Shown here piece by piece: positions 9,123 to 17,882 of a stretch of 64,000 bases of DNA. The position numbers and the translations under genes are program-made. The notes under the pieces are model-generated. The model was not told the DNA's origin. It searched no databases and worked only from the letters and a program-made list of their open reading frames with translations. Within the stretch, counting starts at the first letter, position 1. The number at the start of each line of letters is the position of its first letter. Origin of the DNA: Candidatus Aenigmatarchaeota archaeon (GTDB lineage: Archaea > Aenigmatarchaeota > Aenigmatarchaeia > QMZP01 > QMZT01); NCBI GenBank assembly GCA_041489155.1, contig JBGPQP010000001.1, positions 25,431-89,430 of the forward strand. Reading direction: 5' to 3'.

Positions 9123-9904
9123 TTATGGACGAGGAATATGTAGAGCTGGAAGGAGCGAAGGATGATGAAAAAAAGAAGCCTGCAAAAAGAATGAAACAGC
9201 AACCCCAAGCCGAAAAATCAGATGCTGTTAAAGAAGCATTCGAACCACCCAAGCCAGCCAAACCGGTCAAAGCGGAAACGGCCAAAACCATGAAGAAACT
9301 GCCCGAGGAGCAAAAAGAGGAGGGTCCGGAAAAACCAACAGAAGTGGAAGAAACCAAAAAACCGAAGCCCAAGAGCAAACCAGCAAAACCCAGAGAAGTA
9401 AAGGCTGAAAAAATAATGGATCATGTCGAAACCGATGTTGATAAGCTTTACGAGCTAGTCAGGGATAAAGGCATACTGAAGGTGAAGGAAGCATCCAAAA
9501 TACTGGGCATCGACATGGATCAAGTCGAGGAATGGAGCAGAATCCTCGAGGAACACAAGCTGGTCAGGCTCCGCTATCCACCGGTAGGCGAGCCGGTTCT
9601 GATACTCAAAAGATTCACCACCGATTCAGAAAAATTACAGAAGCTGAAAGGCGGCAAGAAGCTCAAACCGAGAAGAAGGGTCTTCATAATAAACATAATT
9701 ATTCTTGTCTTTTTCCTTGCAGTCATTGCCATATTCAGTGTCAGAATTCCCACAATAAGGATAACTTATATCCAAGCTTATTTAGCCGTTGGAGCAATAA
9801 TTATCATAGGAGCCGTGTTTGTTTTCAGGGTTGTGAGAGGTAGAAAAAATGCAGGCAAAAAAGATGCAAAATCCGAAGAAAAGTCAGGAGAAAAAGCCGA
9901 CTGA
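9107..9904 (+). CDS. Lys/Pro/Glu-rich protein with a central winged-helix-like segment and C-terminal TM helices
   Basis: Low-complexity KPAKP/KEE N-terminal region, then a predicted helical/wH-like block (KLYELVRDKGILKVKEASKILGIDMDQVEEWSRILEEHKLVRL), then two hydrophobic helices (IINIIILVFFLAVIAIFSV…, AVGAIIIIGAVFVF). Sits immediately upstream of, and overlapping, the secretion ATPase gene. Confidence 0.5.
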   Translation: MRRMLIMDEEYVELEGAKDDEKKKPAKRMKQQPQAEKSDAVKEAFEPPKPAKPVKAETAKTMKKLPEEQKEEGPEKPTEVEETKKPKPKSKPAKPREVKAEKIMDHVETDVDKLYELVRDKGILKVKEASKILGIDMDQVEEWSRILEEHKLVRLRYPPVGEPVLILKRFTTDSEKLQKLKGGKKLKPRRRVFIINIIILVFFLAVIAIFSVRIPTIRITYIQAYLAVGAIIIIGAVFVFRVVRGRKNAGKKDAKSEEKSGEKAD

Positions 9905-11402
9905 TAGCAAAGAAAAAGGTATGGATGTTCTGGAGAATTATAATATAGAATACCAGAATGTCATCGCCATAGTAAGGATTTATCACGACCAGAACGAATA
10001 CGTGCCTATTTATGAAATAAAATATCCGAAAATAGAGGAGGCCACCTGGGCGATACTTGACTCAATAAGGGAAAAGATAGTCACCGAGCTTGCCTTCAGA
10101 ACTGACGACATACTGAGCCCGGAAGAAACCGGTGACGTAAGAAAAAAATTCGTGCAGAAGGCAACCAACCTCGTTGAATCTGAATTGCCCAATCTGGCAA
10201 AAAACGACGTCGACATACTTGTAGGAATTCTATCGCAGGAATCGCTCGGGCTGGGACCAATCGAGTTCATGCTTAAAGACAACAGCCTTGAAGAAATAGT
10301 GATAAACAACGCAAAAGAACCGATATGGGTTTACCACAGGACCTATGGCTGGCTGAAAACGAATGTCAAACTCAACGACGAGACAAAAATCTACAACTAC
10401 GCCGCGCAGATAGGCAGGAAAGTTGGGACTCAGATAACCAACCTGAACCCGCTCATGGACGCTTATCTGACGACGGGCGACAGGGCAAACGCCACGCTTT
10501 TCCCGATTTCATCAAAGGGCAACACGCTGACCATAAGGAAATTCGCTAGGAGGCCATGGACCATAACTGATTTCATAGAAACCAAGACCATTTCACCTGA
10601 AGTCGCCGCTTTCCTCTGGCTTGCGATACAGTTCGAAATGAACATCGTCTGCACGGGCGGAACGGCTTCCGGCAAAACGTCTTTCCTCAACGTCCTGTGC
10701 ATGTTCATACCTCCGACGCAGAGGATAATATCGATAGAGGACACTAGGGAAATCCAGCTCCCGCCGTTCCTTCACTGGCTGCCGCTCACGACAAGGCCGC
10801 CCAACATAGAGGGCAGGGGAGAGGTCACGATGCTGCAACTCATGATAAACGCACTTCGCATGAGGCCGGACAGGATGATAGTCGGGGAGATACGACGCTC
10901 GAAAGAGGCCGAGGTCCTCTTTGAAGCGATAAACACGGGCCACTCGGTGTATTCAACGCTCCACGCGAACACCGCGGAAGAAACTCTGAAGAGGCTTATT
11001 AACCCGCCCATCAACATCCCCTTGTCTTTGCTGACCTCGCTCCAGCTCATAGCGGTGATGCACAGGGACAGGAGAAAGAATATAAGAAGGGTTCTGGAGG
11101 TCACCGAACTCATACCATCCGGCGGGATCGACGAGATGAAAATCGAACTGAACAACGTTTTCAGGTGGGTGCCATCGAAGGACCAGATGATAGAATGGGG
11201 CAAATCCAACAGGGTGTGGAACGACATAAAATTGTTCTCGGGCATGGAGGACAACGAAATAAAGAAGAATCTCGAGGAAAAAAAGAGCGTACTTCTCTGG
11301 ATGGTGAAAAACAAGATAAACACGATAGACAAAGTAGGAAGGATAATATCGGACTACTATAAAGATCCTGAAAGCGTGCTAAAAATGGTAAGAAAGGCGT
11401 AG
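9849..11402 (+). CDS. type II/IV secretion-system ATPase (FlaI/TadA/PilB-like) paralog 1
   Basis: Walker A CTGGTASGKTSFLN, aspartate box IISIEDTREIQL, Walker B RMIVGEIR, His box NTGHSVYSTLHAN. An alternative start at the Met of MDVLENYN (9921) would remove the overlap with the upstream gene. Confidence 0.9.
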   Translation: MQAKKMQNPKKSQEKKPTDSKEKGMDVLENYNIEYQNVIAIVRIYHDQNEYVPIYEIKYPKIEEATWAILDSIREKIVTELAFRTDDILSPEETGDVRKKFVQKATNLVESELPNLAKNDVDILVGILSQESLGLGPIEFMLKDNSLEEIVINNAKEPIWVYHRTYGWLKTNVKLNDETKIYNYAAQIGRKVGTQITNLNPLMDAYLTTGDRANATLFPISSKGNTLTIRKFARRPWTITDFIETKTISPEVAAFLWLAIQFEMNIVCTGGTASGKTSFLNVLCMFIPPTQRIISIEDTREIQLPPFLHWLPLTTRPPNIEGRGEVTMLQLMINALRMRPDRMIVGEIRRSKEAEVLFEAINTGHSVYSTLHANTAEETLKRLINPPINIPLSLLTSLQLIAVMHRDRRKNIRRVLEVTELIPSGGIDEMKIELNNVFRWVPSKDQMIEWGKSNRVWNDIKLFSGMEDNEIKKNLEEKKSVLLWMVKNKINTIDKVGRIISDYYKDPESVLKMVRKA

Positions 11403-11407
11403 CGGAT

Positions 11408-11989
11408 TTATCTTTGCATCTGCGTTTTCTCGAACTTCGGAACGAACACCCTGTACTTGTCCTTGTCTTCCATTTCTTCCAGTATCCTCTTTATTATCAT
11501 CTTTTCCGGGTCCGGCAGCATGCTGACCCGCTTTTTCAGGTCATCGAAGCTTTCAAAGGACTTCTCCTTTCTCGCGGAAAGGATTTCCCAGAGATGTTTC
11601 TTGCCTATGCCCGGCAGAAGCTCAAGCTGGTGCAGTCTTGTAGTAATCGGTCCGGCCTTGTTGAAGAACTCAAGGAACTTCTGCTGGTTCACCTTCACTA
11701 TGCCTTCTACGATGTCCGTGACCTCATCCTTGGCTGCAGTTGTCAGGTCCTTGAAGTCTATTCTTCTTTTTATGAATTTGACCTCATCCCTTTTGCCGTC
11801 GCCTATGTAAACCCGTGAACCGACCTTAAGGTAAACGCCGTCCCTCACTATTACCTCGAGCAGTGAGAAATACGCCTCCCCCATTACCTGCGAAACCGGC
11901 TGGGAGATGCGCATGCCGTAATATCCGTGAGGCAGGTAGTCCAAAACTATCGCCCACTCGTCCTTTTTGATTTCTTTATGTTGAAGCAT
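11408..11989 (-). CDS. DUF655-family protein (OB-fold plus HhH), conserved partner of the L21e-Rpo4 operon
   Basis: C-terminal helix-hairpin-helix (LELLPGIGKKHLWEILSARKEK) and the conserved archaeal position downstream of rpoF. Confidence 0.7.
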   Translation of the reverse strand: MLQHKEIKKDEWAIVLDYLPHGYYGMRISQPVSQVMGEAYFSLLEVIVRDGVYLKVGSRVYIGDGKRDEVKFIKRRIDFKDLTTAAKDEVTDIVEGIVKVNQQKFLEFFNKAGPITTRLHQLELLPGIGKKHLWEILSARKEKSFESFDDLKKRVSMLPDPEKMIIKRILEEMEDKDKYRVFVPKFEKTQMQR

Positions 11990-12038
11990 AACCCACCTAT
12001 CTTGTTTTAATAAGATTAAAACAGGGATTTATAAAACG

Positions 12039-12365
12039 CTATTTGTTGTCCTTGACTATCTTCAGTATTTTCCTCTTGTCGTCATCGTTGAGAACTAGTC
12101 TTTCGTTCGCAAACAATACCCTCAGGTCGTTCTGGTTCTCTGGAAGGAAATTGATGATGCTTACAATGTGCCTTTCCTTGAGTTTCTCTATCGCTTTCAA
12201 GTCCTCTACCATCTTCTCGTATTTCTTCTCCGGAAGCTTGCAGAATTTTCTAAGGTGTTCCAGCGCATTCTTCTGCTCATAAACAAGTTCCCTGGTCTTT
12301 TCCTTTTCCGAGAGGATTTTCTTCGCCTCGGCCCAGCTCACGACTTTTTCATCCTTAACGTTCAT
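12039..12365 (-). CDS. rpoF: DNA-directed RNA polymerase subunit Rpo4 (RpoF, Rpb4 homologue)
   Basis: About 108 aa helical protein (…KKILSEKEKTRELVYEQKNALEHLRKF…HIVSIINFLP…) in the canonical L21e-RpoF-DUF655 gene order. Confidence 0.7.
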   Translation of the reverse strand: MNVKDEKVVSWAEAKKILSEKEKTRELVYEQKNALEHLRKFCKLPEKKYEKMVEDLKAIEKLKERHIVSIINFLPENQNDLRVLFANERLVLNDDDKRKILKIVKDNK

Positions 12366-12373
12366 GGAATCAC

Positions 12374-12661
12374 CTATTTCTTAAGCACCAGATGCTCGGG
12401 CCTTGATATGACTTCCTTGTTTTTGTTGCCGACCCTGATGACTACTATATATGCGTCCCCTCTTCTTTCCTTGACCTTGCCAGCAAGACCCTTGAATTTG
12501 GGAAAGGGCATTCCTTTGTGTGACGAGGGGTCCGGTTTTATGACTACCATATCGTGCGGCTTGAATTCCTTTAGATATGGGGTTACCTTGAACTTGTGCC
12601 TCAATTCTCTCTTAAGCTTCCTTCTTGTCGATCTCCTAAAGCCTTTTGTTGCTCTTACCAT
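12374..12661 (-). CDS. rpl21e: 50S ribosomal protein L21e
   Basis: MVRATKGFRRSTRRKLKRELRHKFKVTPYL…KPDPSSHKGMPFPKFKGLAGKVKERRGDAYIVVIRVGNKNKEVISRPEHLVLKK matches the L21e pattern (KGMPH/F..Y/FHGKxGxV..RRGxAYxV…PEHL). The internal Met is at 12661..12659, in the same frame as the upstream Pus10 ORF with no intervening stop. Confidence 0.8.
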   Translation of the reverse strand: MVRATKGFRRSTRRKLKRELRHKFKVTPYLKEFKPHDMVVIKPDPSSHKGMPFPKFKGLAGKVKERRGDAYIVVIRVGNKNKEVISRPEHLVLKK

Positions 12662-13819
12662 ATTATTCAGTCCTTGAAGACCTATCAGGTCGAACTCCTT
12701 TATTTTCGCGCTGTTTTTCAATACCTGCGAGACCGACGGCGTGGTTCTGCCAGCATCGCCGGTTATCAGTTCATGCAGGTATAAGCCGGACTCGACAGAT
12801 ATTTCAATTTGGTATCTTTTAGTATTAATCCTTTTCCATTTTATGCTTTTAACCTTTTTATGCTTTGTTTTGTCCGGTTTGCGACCCAAAACCCTGCTCG
12901 GCGTCCTCTGTTTTATTGTGCCGACCAGTTTTTTAAGTTCGCCTATTTCTGATACGGGATTTTCGAAATCAACTATTGCCCGGAAGATTTTGTAAGGTTT
13001 TTCTGACTTGATTCTGGCTATTTCATCCCTACCGGAAAGGCGGAGACCTGTAACCTTCACCTTCCTGTTCGCATTTATTGTTTTGGCGATTTCTTTCAGG
13101 TTCAGCCTCCTTCTGGCAGGCTGTTTTATTTCTATCACGAATGGTCTCCAGACGAGGCATCTTGCTTCCTTGTCCTCTCTTCCCAAGGCATGGAGCAGGT
13201 GTGTTTCGCCTTGCGTGGCTTTCATCATGGGTTTTGCTATTATATCCTCCACCGAATCCCTGTACCGATGCGAACTTGTCTGTGGGAGACCGCGACTGAA
13301 TTTCTTGTATTTGCCGTACACAAAAACCGGGTTGTATGAAACCTCGAACGCCATTTTCTGGACGTCAAATATTATAAGAACGTCAGGTTTTTCGTGGTCA
13401 ATTTTTGCCCCTGTTTTCTTTTTTATAATCTCAGAAAGCTGCCAGGATATTTCAGCTTTTATTGGCTCGGAATACTTTGCCCCGGTCTTCTCCCAGAGAG
13501 ACTCTTCGTTCATGACTAGCGAGTCGCTCATCCTGACACCAACCATGAAAGTACGTAAATCCATCTTATTCAGGCCTTTTAATTTTTTATTCACCAAACC
13601 GCCAAGACCGGCGAGAAAATTTTCGCAGAGCATGCATTTTTCTGCTCTGTTTTGGGGGAATGACATCCCCTCCCTTTCAAGCATTCTGCGGACAAGGCGG
13701 CCTTTGTCATTATTGTTCTTTCCAATGACCGCTTTCGAGAACTGACGACCGAGGCAGTTGTCGCAAACATATCCCAAGCTGAGAAGTTTTATCGCAGCCT
13801 CTTTTATCGTCTTTTTCAT
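12662..13819 (-). CDS. pus10: tRNA pseudouridine synthase Pus10 (the ORF continues in frame into L21e)
   Basis: N-terminal Zn-ribbon CDNC…C, a THUMP-like middle region, a catalytic block HALGREDKEARCLVWRPFVIE (Pus10 GREDxDxR…RPF motif) and a C-terminal …ELITGDAGRTTPSVSQVL… motif. The six-frame track shows one 481 aa ORF, 12374..13819, with no stop before the L21e Met. Confidence 0.75.
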
Positions 13820-13842
13820 ATTACCATTATGGCCGGCTGGTT

Positions 13843-14598
13843 TTAAACAGTTTTCAGGCGGAAAACGCGGACGGCATTTTCCTTCGCCTTGGCTAGGACC
13901 TCTTCCTGCGTCGTCTTTTTTAGTTCAGCTATCTTCTCCGCGGAAAGCTTTATGTTCCATGGATAGTTTCTCGTGTCCTGTTCCTTGTTTGGCGAGAGGA
14001 AGGGTGAATCGGTTTCAAGAAGAAGCTTGTCAAACGGGAGATCTTTTGCGATCTTTCTTATGTTTTTGGAGAAAAGCACCATTGTCGATATGGAAATGTA
14101 AAAGCCATTTTCTACGATTTTCTTGGCCAGCTCCCTTGTCCCGGAGAAACAGTGGAACACCGCATCAAGATTAGCAGCTCTGACCATTTCAAAACATTCC
14201 TCTTCCGCGTCCCATGAATGTATCACTATTGGTTTTTTCAGCTTCTGGGCAAGCTCGATGAAACTGGAAAATACTTCTTTCTGCGTTCTTTGCTTGTCAG
14301 CATTCTTCTCCCAGTGGTGGTCGAGCCCTACTTCGCCGACACCAACGATTTTCTCCCTGTTGGATTTAATGAGGTCCATTATCCTTTCCGGCCCGTCGCC
14401 TCCCTCTGTGGGGTGGTACCCAAGTGTTGAAAAAAGAAAACCGGGATCTTTTCCGGTGAGATCCAGTGCTTTCAACCCTTCGTCGTACCTTGCTGACGCG
14501 ACTATTACGGCCGAAAGCTCTTGCCTGCATCTCGATATTATCGAAGCCATGTCTTTGTCGTAATCACCGAAACAAAGATGCGCGTGTATGTCTATCAT
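13843..14598 (-). CDS. TatD-family metal-dependent hydrolase/DNase
   Basis: MIDIHAHL start (the HxH motif), internal GEVGLDHH, and the typical ~250 aa TIM-barrel hydrolase layout. Confidence 0.85.
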   Translation of the reverse strand: MIDIHAHLCFGDYDKDMASIISRCRQELSAVIVASARYDEGLKALDLTGKDPGFLFSTLGYHPTEGGDGPERIMDLIKSNREKIVGVGEVGLDHHWEKNADKQRTQKEVFSSFIELAQKLKKPIVIHSWDAEEECFEMVRAANLDAVFHCFSGTRELAKKIVENGFYISISTMVLFSKNIRKIAKDLPFDKLLLETDSPFLSPNKEQDTRNYPWNIKLSAEKIAELKKTTQEEVLAKAKENAVRVFRLKTV

Positions 14599-14599
14599 G

Positions 14600-15433
14600 T
14601 CATGCCTCGGAAAAGAAATACCTAAGCGCTTCCTGTATATCCTTGACTTCGATGACGTCTATTCCCACCTCTTCCGATATGTTGACTTTTTGGGGGACTT
14701 TCTCGTTGGTGCATATCTGGGCAGGACCTATCTGCTCGCAATATTTTCTTGTCTCGTACGTGATTTCCTGCGACTGCATAAGGGGGACAAGAAGCAGGCG
14801 CGCTCCGGCGTCTTTCGCTGCCTTTGCCTTTTCAAGCACCTGGCCGACCGGTCCTATCGTGCCGTCGTGGTTGATGGCGCCGGTTATGAAAACACGCTGG
14901 TCTATGTTCTTTTTCCATATTGCAGCGATGGTAGCGATGGTCAAAGCCGTCCCTGCTGACGGGCCTTCGACCGAGGTGGCGTTTGTGGTAATCGTATATA
15001 TCATGTCATAATTGGACATGTTCACGCCTGTTATGTTCGAAGCAACCTTGCTCGAGGTGCGGATAGAGTTCTGGGTATCGGTCCAGAAAAGCAGCTTGTC
15101 TATGTTCGCGAGGACCCTGCCGTCGCCTGGAACTATCTGGACTGTGATAACAGTCGTCAGGCCGTTGCCTTCCTCGTCCACCGCTGGTATTACTATGGAT
15201 GTGTACGAAACGTTCGCAAAAGAGCCCTGGACAGGGTTGTAGGGGACGTAGTTGACGATATTGATTGGCCTTGTTTCATTGCGATATATGATGACCGTTT
15301 CGTTCATGTTGCCCATGTAATAACCAATCAGAAACACAAGCGTAACAGAAATCAGGGCGGCCAAAAACCTGATTGTTTTTTTCTTTCCGGTCGGTTTGCT
15401 GTGAACCGTTCTTCTGTAGGCGTACATTGGCAC
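14600..15433 (-). CDS. membrane-anchored S16 (Lon-like) serine peptidase domain protein
   Basis: N-terminal TM helix. The catalytic Ser motif EGPSAGTALTIATIA and the Lys region ITGAINHDGTIGPVGQVLEKAKAAKDAGARLLLVP are both typical of the Lon proteolytic domain. Confidence 0.8.
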   Translation of the reverse strand: MPMYAYRRTVHSKPTGKKKTIRFLAALISVTLVFLIGYYMGNMNETVIIYRNETRPINIVNYVPYNPVQGSFANVSYTSIVIPAVDEEGNGLTTVITVQIVPGDGRVLANIDKLLFWTDTQNSIRTSSKVASNITGVNMSNYDMIYTITTNATSVEGPSAGTALTIATIAAIWKKNIDQRVFITGAINHDGTIGPVGQVLEKAKAAKDAGARLLLVPLMQSQEITYETRKYCEQIGPAQICTNEKVPQKVNISEEVGIDVIEVKDIQEALRYFFSEA

Positions 15434-15511
15434 AACCCCGATGCTAGCATGATTTCTATCTTTTTCATTCGCTGTTAAACAATTTAAATATTGACTGTTG
15501 GATTATTAATG

Positions 15512-15815
15512 CAGGGGGCCTCCAACTGCGGGGCTAGGCCTACCGCACCTTCGGGTGGCAAACGGTCTTCATGGCCGGTTGTAGTTTACGGGTGGCTTTG
15601 CGAGGACTGCAAGCCCAGTCCTGCCAACTGAGAAGCCTTGTCCTGCAGGATCATCTTCATAGTGAACCGGGTCAGGGTCGGAAAGTTTCGCACGTTCCGC
15701 GTGCGTGCCCCGAAAGACAGCAGCCCTAAACCGTGTTGGTGGTGCTTGCAGGGTTACAGGGTGGAGAAGGCGGACCGGATAACTTCCAGCTTTTCGTAAA
15801 AGTCTAACGTTAACA
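15512..15815 (+). ncRNA. signal recognition particle RNA (7S/SRP RNA), boundaries approximate
   Basis: A GC-rich non-coding island in an AT-rich genome. It contains GGGGCUAGGCC near the 5' end (common in archaeal 7S RNAs) and the helix-8 region CCGGGUCAGGGUCGGAAAG…GAAAGACAGCAGCCC, which resembles the conserved CCAGGUCAGGUCCGGAAGGAAGCAGCC core of SRP RNAs. The only ORF here (15569..15856, minus) is arginine/proline-rich and looks like an artefact. Confidence 0.6.
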
Positions 15816-15893
15816 CGCCTCCTGCTCTTTGTTATATTTCCGTAAACAAGCAGCAATTCTCGGATTTTTTATAGGCGATGACAATATTTTAAT

Positions 15894-16772
15894 ATGCCTT
15901 CCTTTTACAGAAAATTGTCCCTCGTTCTTTTCGGGGGTCTGGTTGAGAAGAACATCGCTTCGTTCAAGCCGCTGGAGCTGCATATAAGAAATGCCAACAT
16001 GAAAATCCTTCTGAAAACATGGATAAGCATGCTGTTTATGTCGACGTTCATTTCTTTCTTCGTTTCATTCATTCTGATTTACGTGCTCCTGAGCTACATC
16101 GTCCAAGTGGAATTCTACATATACATATTCTGCATTATATTTTTCCCGGTCTTCGTTGCATCACTGGTTTTCATATTTTTTTACCTGTATCCGGTCGAAA
16201 AGGAGAGGTCAAGGCAACGTTCAATAGAAAATAACATGCCCTTTGCCATCACGCATATGGCGGCTATTGCCTCATCTGGAATACCAACCGAATTCATGTT
16301 TGAGTTATTGACTGGCTTCAAGGAGTACGGGGAGATATCACAGGATTCGAAGCTCATAATGAGGAACATAAAAACATTCGGCATGAGTTCGATCGATGCC
16401 TTGAAGGACATCGCCGATAGAACGCCTTCCCAGAGCTTCAGGGAGCTTCTGCTGGGCATAGTCTCAACTACAGAGTCAGGAGGGGACATGGTGGAATACC
16501 TGCATGAGATGTCCGAGAGGGCCTTGTTTGACTACAGGATAAAAAGAGAGAGGTATATGAAAACGCTTTCCACATATGCAGACATATACACCGCGCTTCT
16601 TGTAGCCGCGCCTCTGATGATGCTCTCAATGCTTGCGACCATGAGCATAATAGGGGGAAGCGTGATGGGGCTTACGATAGATGAGATGATAATGCTGATT
16701 ACATGGGTCATGCTGCCGTTCCTCAATGTAGCTTTCATTGTATTCATTCATATCACATATCCCGGTGTGTAA
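15894..16772 (+). CDS. TadC/FlaJ-like pilus-assembly platform protein, half 1 (T2SS-F domain)
   Basis: Polytopic membrane protein with a cytoplasmic T2SS-F-type helical domain (…NMPFAITHMAAIASSGIPTEFMFELLTGFKEYGEISQDSKLIMRNIKTFGMSSIDALKDIADRT…). Confidence 0.7.
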   Translation: MPSFYRKLSLVLFGGLVEKNIASFKPLELHIRNANMKILLKTWISMLFMSTFISFFVSFILIYVLLSYIVQVEFYIYIFCIIFFPVFVASLVFIFFYLYPVEKERSRQRSIENNMPFAITHMAAIASSGIPTEFMFELLTGFKEYGEISQDSKLIMRNIKTFGMSSIDALKDIADRTPSQSFRELLLGIVSTTESGGDMVEYLHEMSERALFDYRIKRERYMKTLSTYADIYTALLVAAPLMMLSMLATMSIIGGSVMGLTIDEMIMLITWVMLPFLNVAFIVFIHITYPGV

Positions 16773-17631
16773 AATGGAAATGAGCAAAAACGTTATGAAC
16801 GAGGTGTTTTTTGTAGCGATAGGCATCTTGATACTGATGCTCAATTTCTTTGTAATAATCAATATATTCCCTTTCATATCACCGCTTTTCAACGTCCTCG
16901 GCGCCATGGTGGCTATAGTGCCGCCGTTCCTTATTTTCTATGGAAGATACAGGGTAAGCAAAGAGATAGAGGAACAATTCATAATATTCATAACCGATCT
17001 GACAGGGGCGATAGATTCCGGTATGACCCTGCCCATCGCCTTGAAGCATGTTTCAAAGAAAGACTACAGATCGCTGACGCCTTACGTAAAGGAGATAGAA
17101 GGCAAGGTCGAGTGGGGCATTCCTTTCGAAAAGGCACTGAACATATTCTCGCATAAAGTGAAGTCAACGCCCATTAGAAGATCTGTCAGCACGATAATAG
17201 AAACGTACAAGGTGGGCGGCAAGATATCAGATACGTTAAAGGCAATAGGTCAGTCGCTTATCGAAATAAACAAGATAAGGCAGGAACGTTCCACTTCTGT
17301 CCAATCGCAACTTGTTACGTCATACATGATATTCTTCGTTTTCATATTCATCCTTCTTATTCTGAAGAGCTTCCTGATCCCGTCACTGGGCAGCATGCAG
17401 ATGTCACCAAGCTTGATGGAGGAACAGGAAGAGACGCAAACTATGCCAACAGAAATCTACAACCAAACTTTCGTGAATTTTATACTTGTTCAGGGCTTTT
17501 TCGCCGGCCTTGCCACGGGGAAGATGGCAGAGGGCTCGGTGGTCGCCGGCATTAAGCACAGCATCGTTTTGATAGTGATAGGTTATACGGTTTTCTCTGT
17601 TCTCGGGCAGTTCCAGCTATCAATGTTTTAA
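16738..17631 (+). CDS. TadC/FlaJ-like pilus-assembly platform protein, half 2 (T2SS-F domain)
   Basis: A second T2SS-F-type domain (…FIIFITDLTGAIDSGMTLPIALKHVSKKDYRSLTPYVKEIEGKVEWGIPFEKALNIF…KVGGKISDTLKAIG…) flanked by TM helices. It overlaps the previous ORF by ~35 nt, i.e. the two-domain FlaJ/TadC is split TadB/TadC-style. Confidence 0.7.
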   Translation: MYSFISHIPVCKMEMSKNVMNEVFFVAIGILILMLNFFVIINIFPFISPLFNVLGAMVAIVPPFLIFYGRYRVSKEIEEQFIIFITDLTGAIDSGMTLPIALKHVSKKDYRSLTPYVKEIEGKVEWGIPFEKALNIFSHKVKSTPIRRSVSTIIETYKVGGKISDTLKAIGQSLIEINKIRQERSTSVQSQLVTSYMIFFVFIFILLILKSFLIPSLGSMQMSPSLMEEQEETQTMPTEIYNQTFVNFILVQGFFAGLATGKMAEGSVVAGIKHSIVLIVIGYTVFSVLGQFQLSMF

Positions 17632-17675
17632 ATATTCATCTGTAGGAATAAGTAATATTACTCAAGTGTGATGTT

Positions 17676-17882
17676 ATGGGAAGAATAAAAACGACCCCGA
17701 TAAAAACGCTCGGCGACCAGCTCATAAGAGAGCACACCGACAAGTTTAGCGTTGACTTTGAAAAGAACAAGGTTGTGCTGGGAGATTTAAAAGAGATAAA
17801 ATCGAAGAAGGTGAGGAACATACTTGCTGGTTACATAACCAAGGAAATGCAAAAGCTGAAGAAGAGCGACGTGAGTGTATGA
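17676..17882 (+). CDS. rps17e: 30S ribosomal protein S17e
   Basis: MGRIKTTPIKTLGDQLIREHTDKFSVDFEKNKVVLGDLKEIKSKKVRNILAGYITKEMQ aligns with S17e (MGRVRTKTVK…NDFxxNKxV…SKKLRNKIAGYVT). Confidence 0.85.
   Translation: MGRIKTTPIKTLGDQLIREHTDKFSVDFEKNKVVLGDLKEIKSKKVRNILAGYITKEMQKLKKSDVSV

Noticed and set aside
15569-15856. 95 aa ORF in the GC-rich island
   Set aside because: Arg/Pro/Ala-rich and lies entirely within the region that looks like SRP RNA. It is more parsimonious as a non-coding RNA gene.
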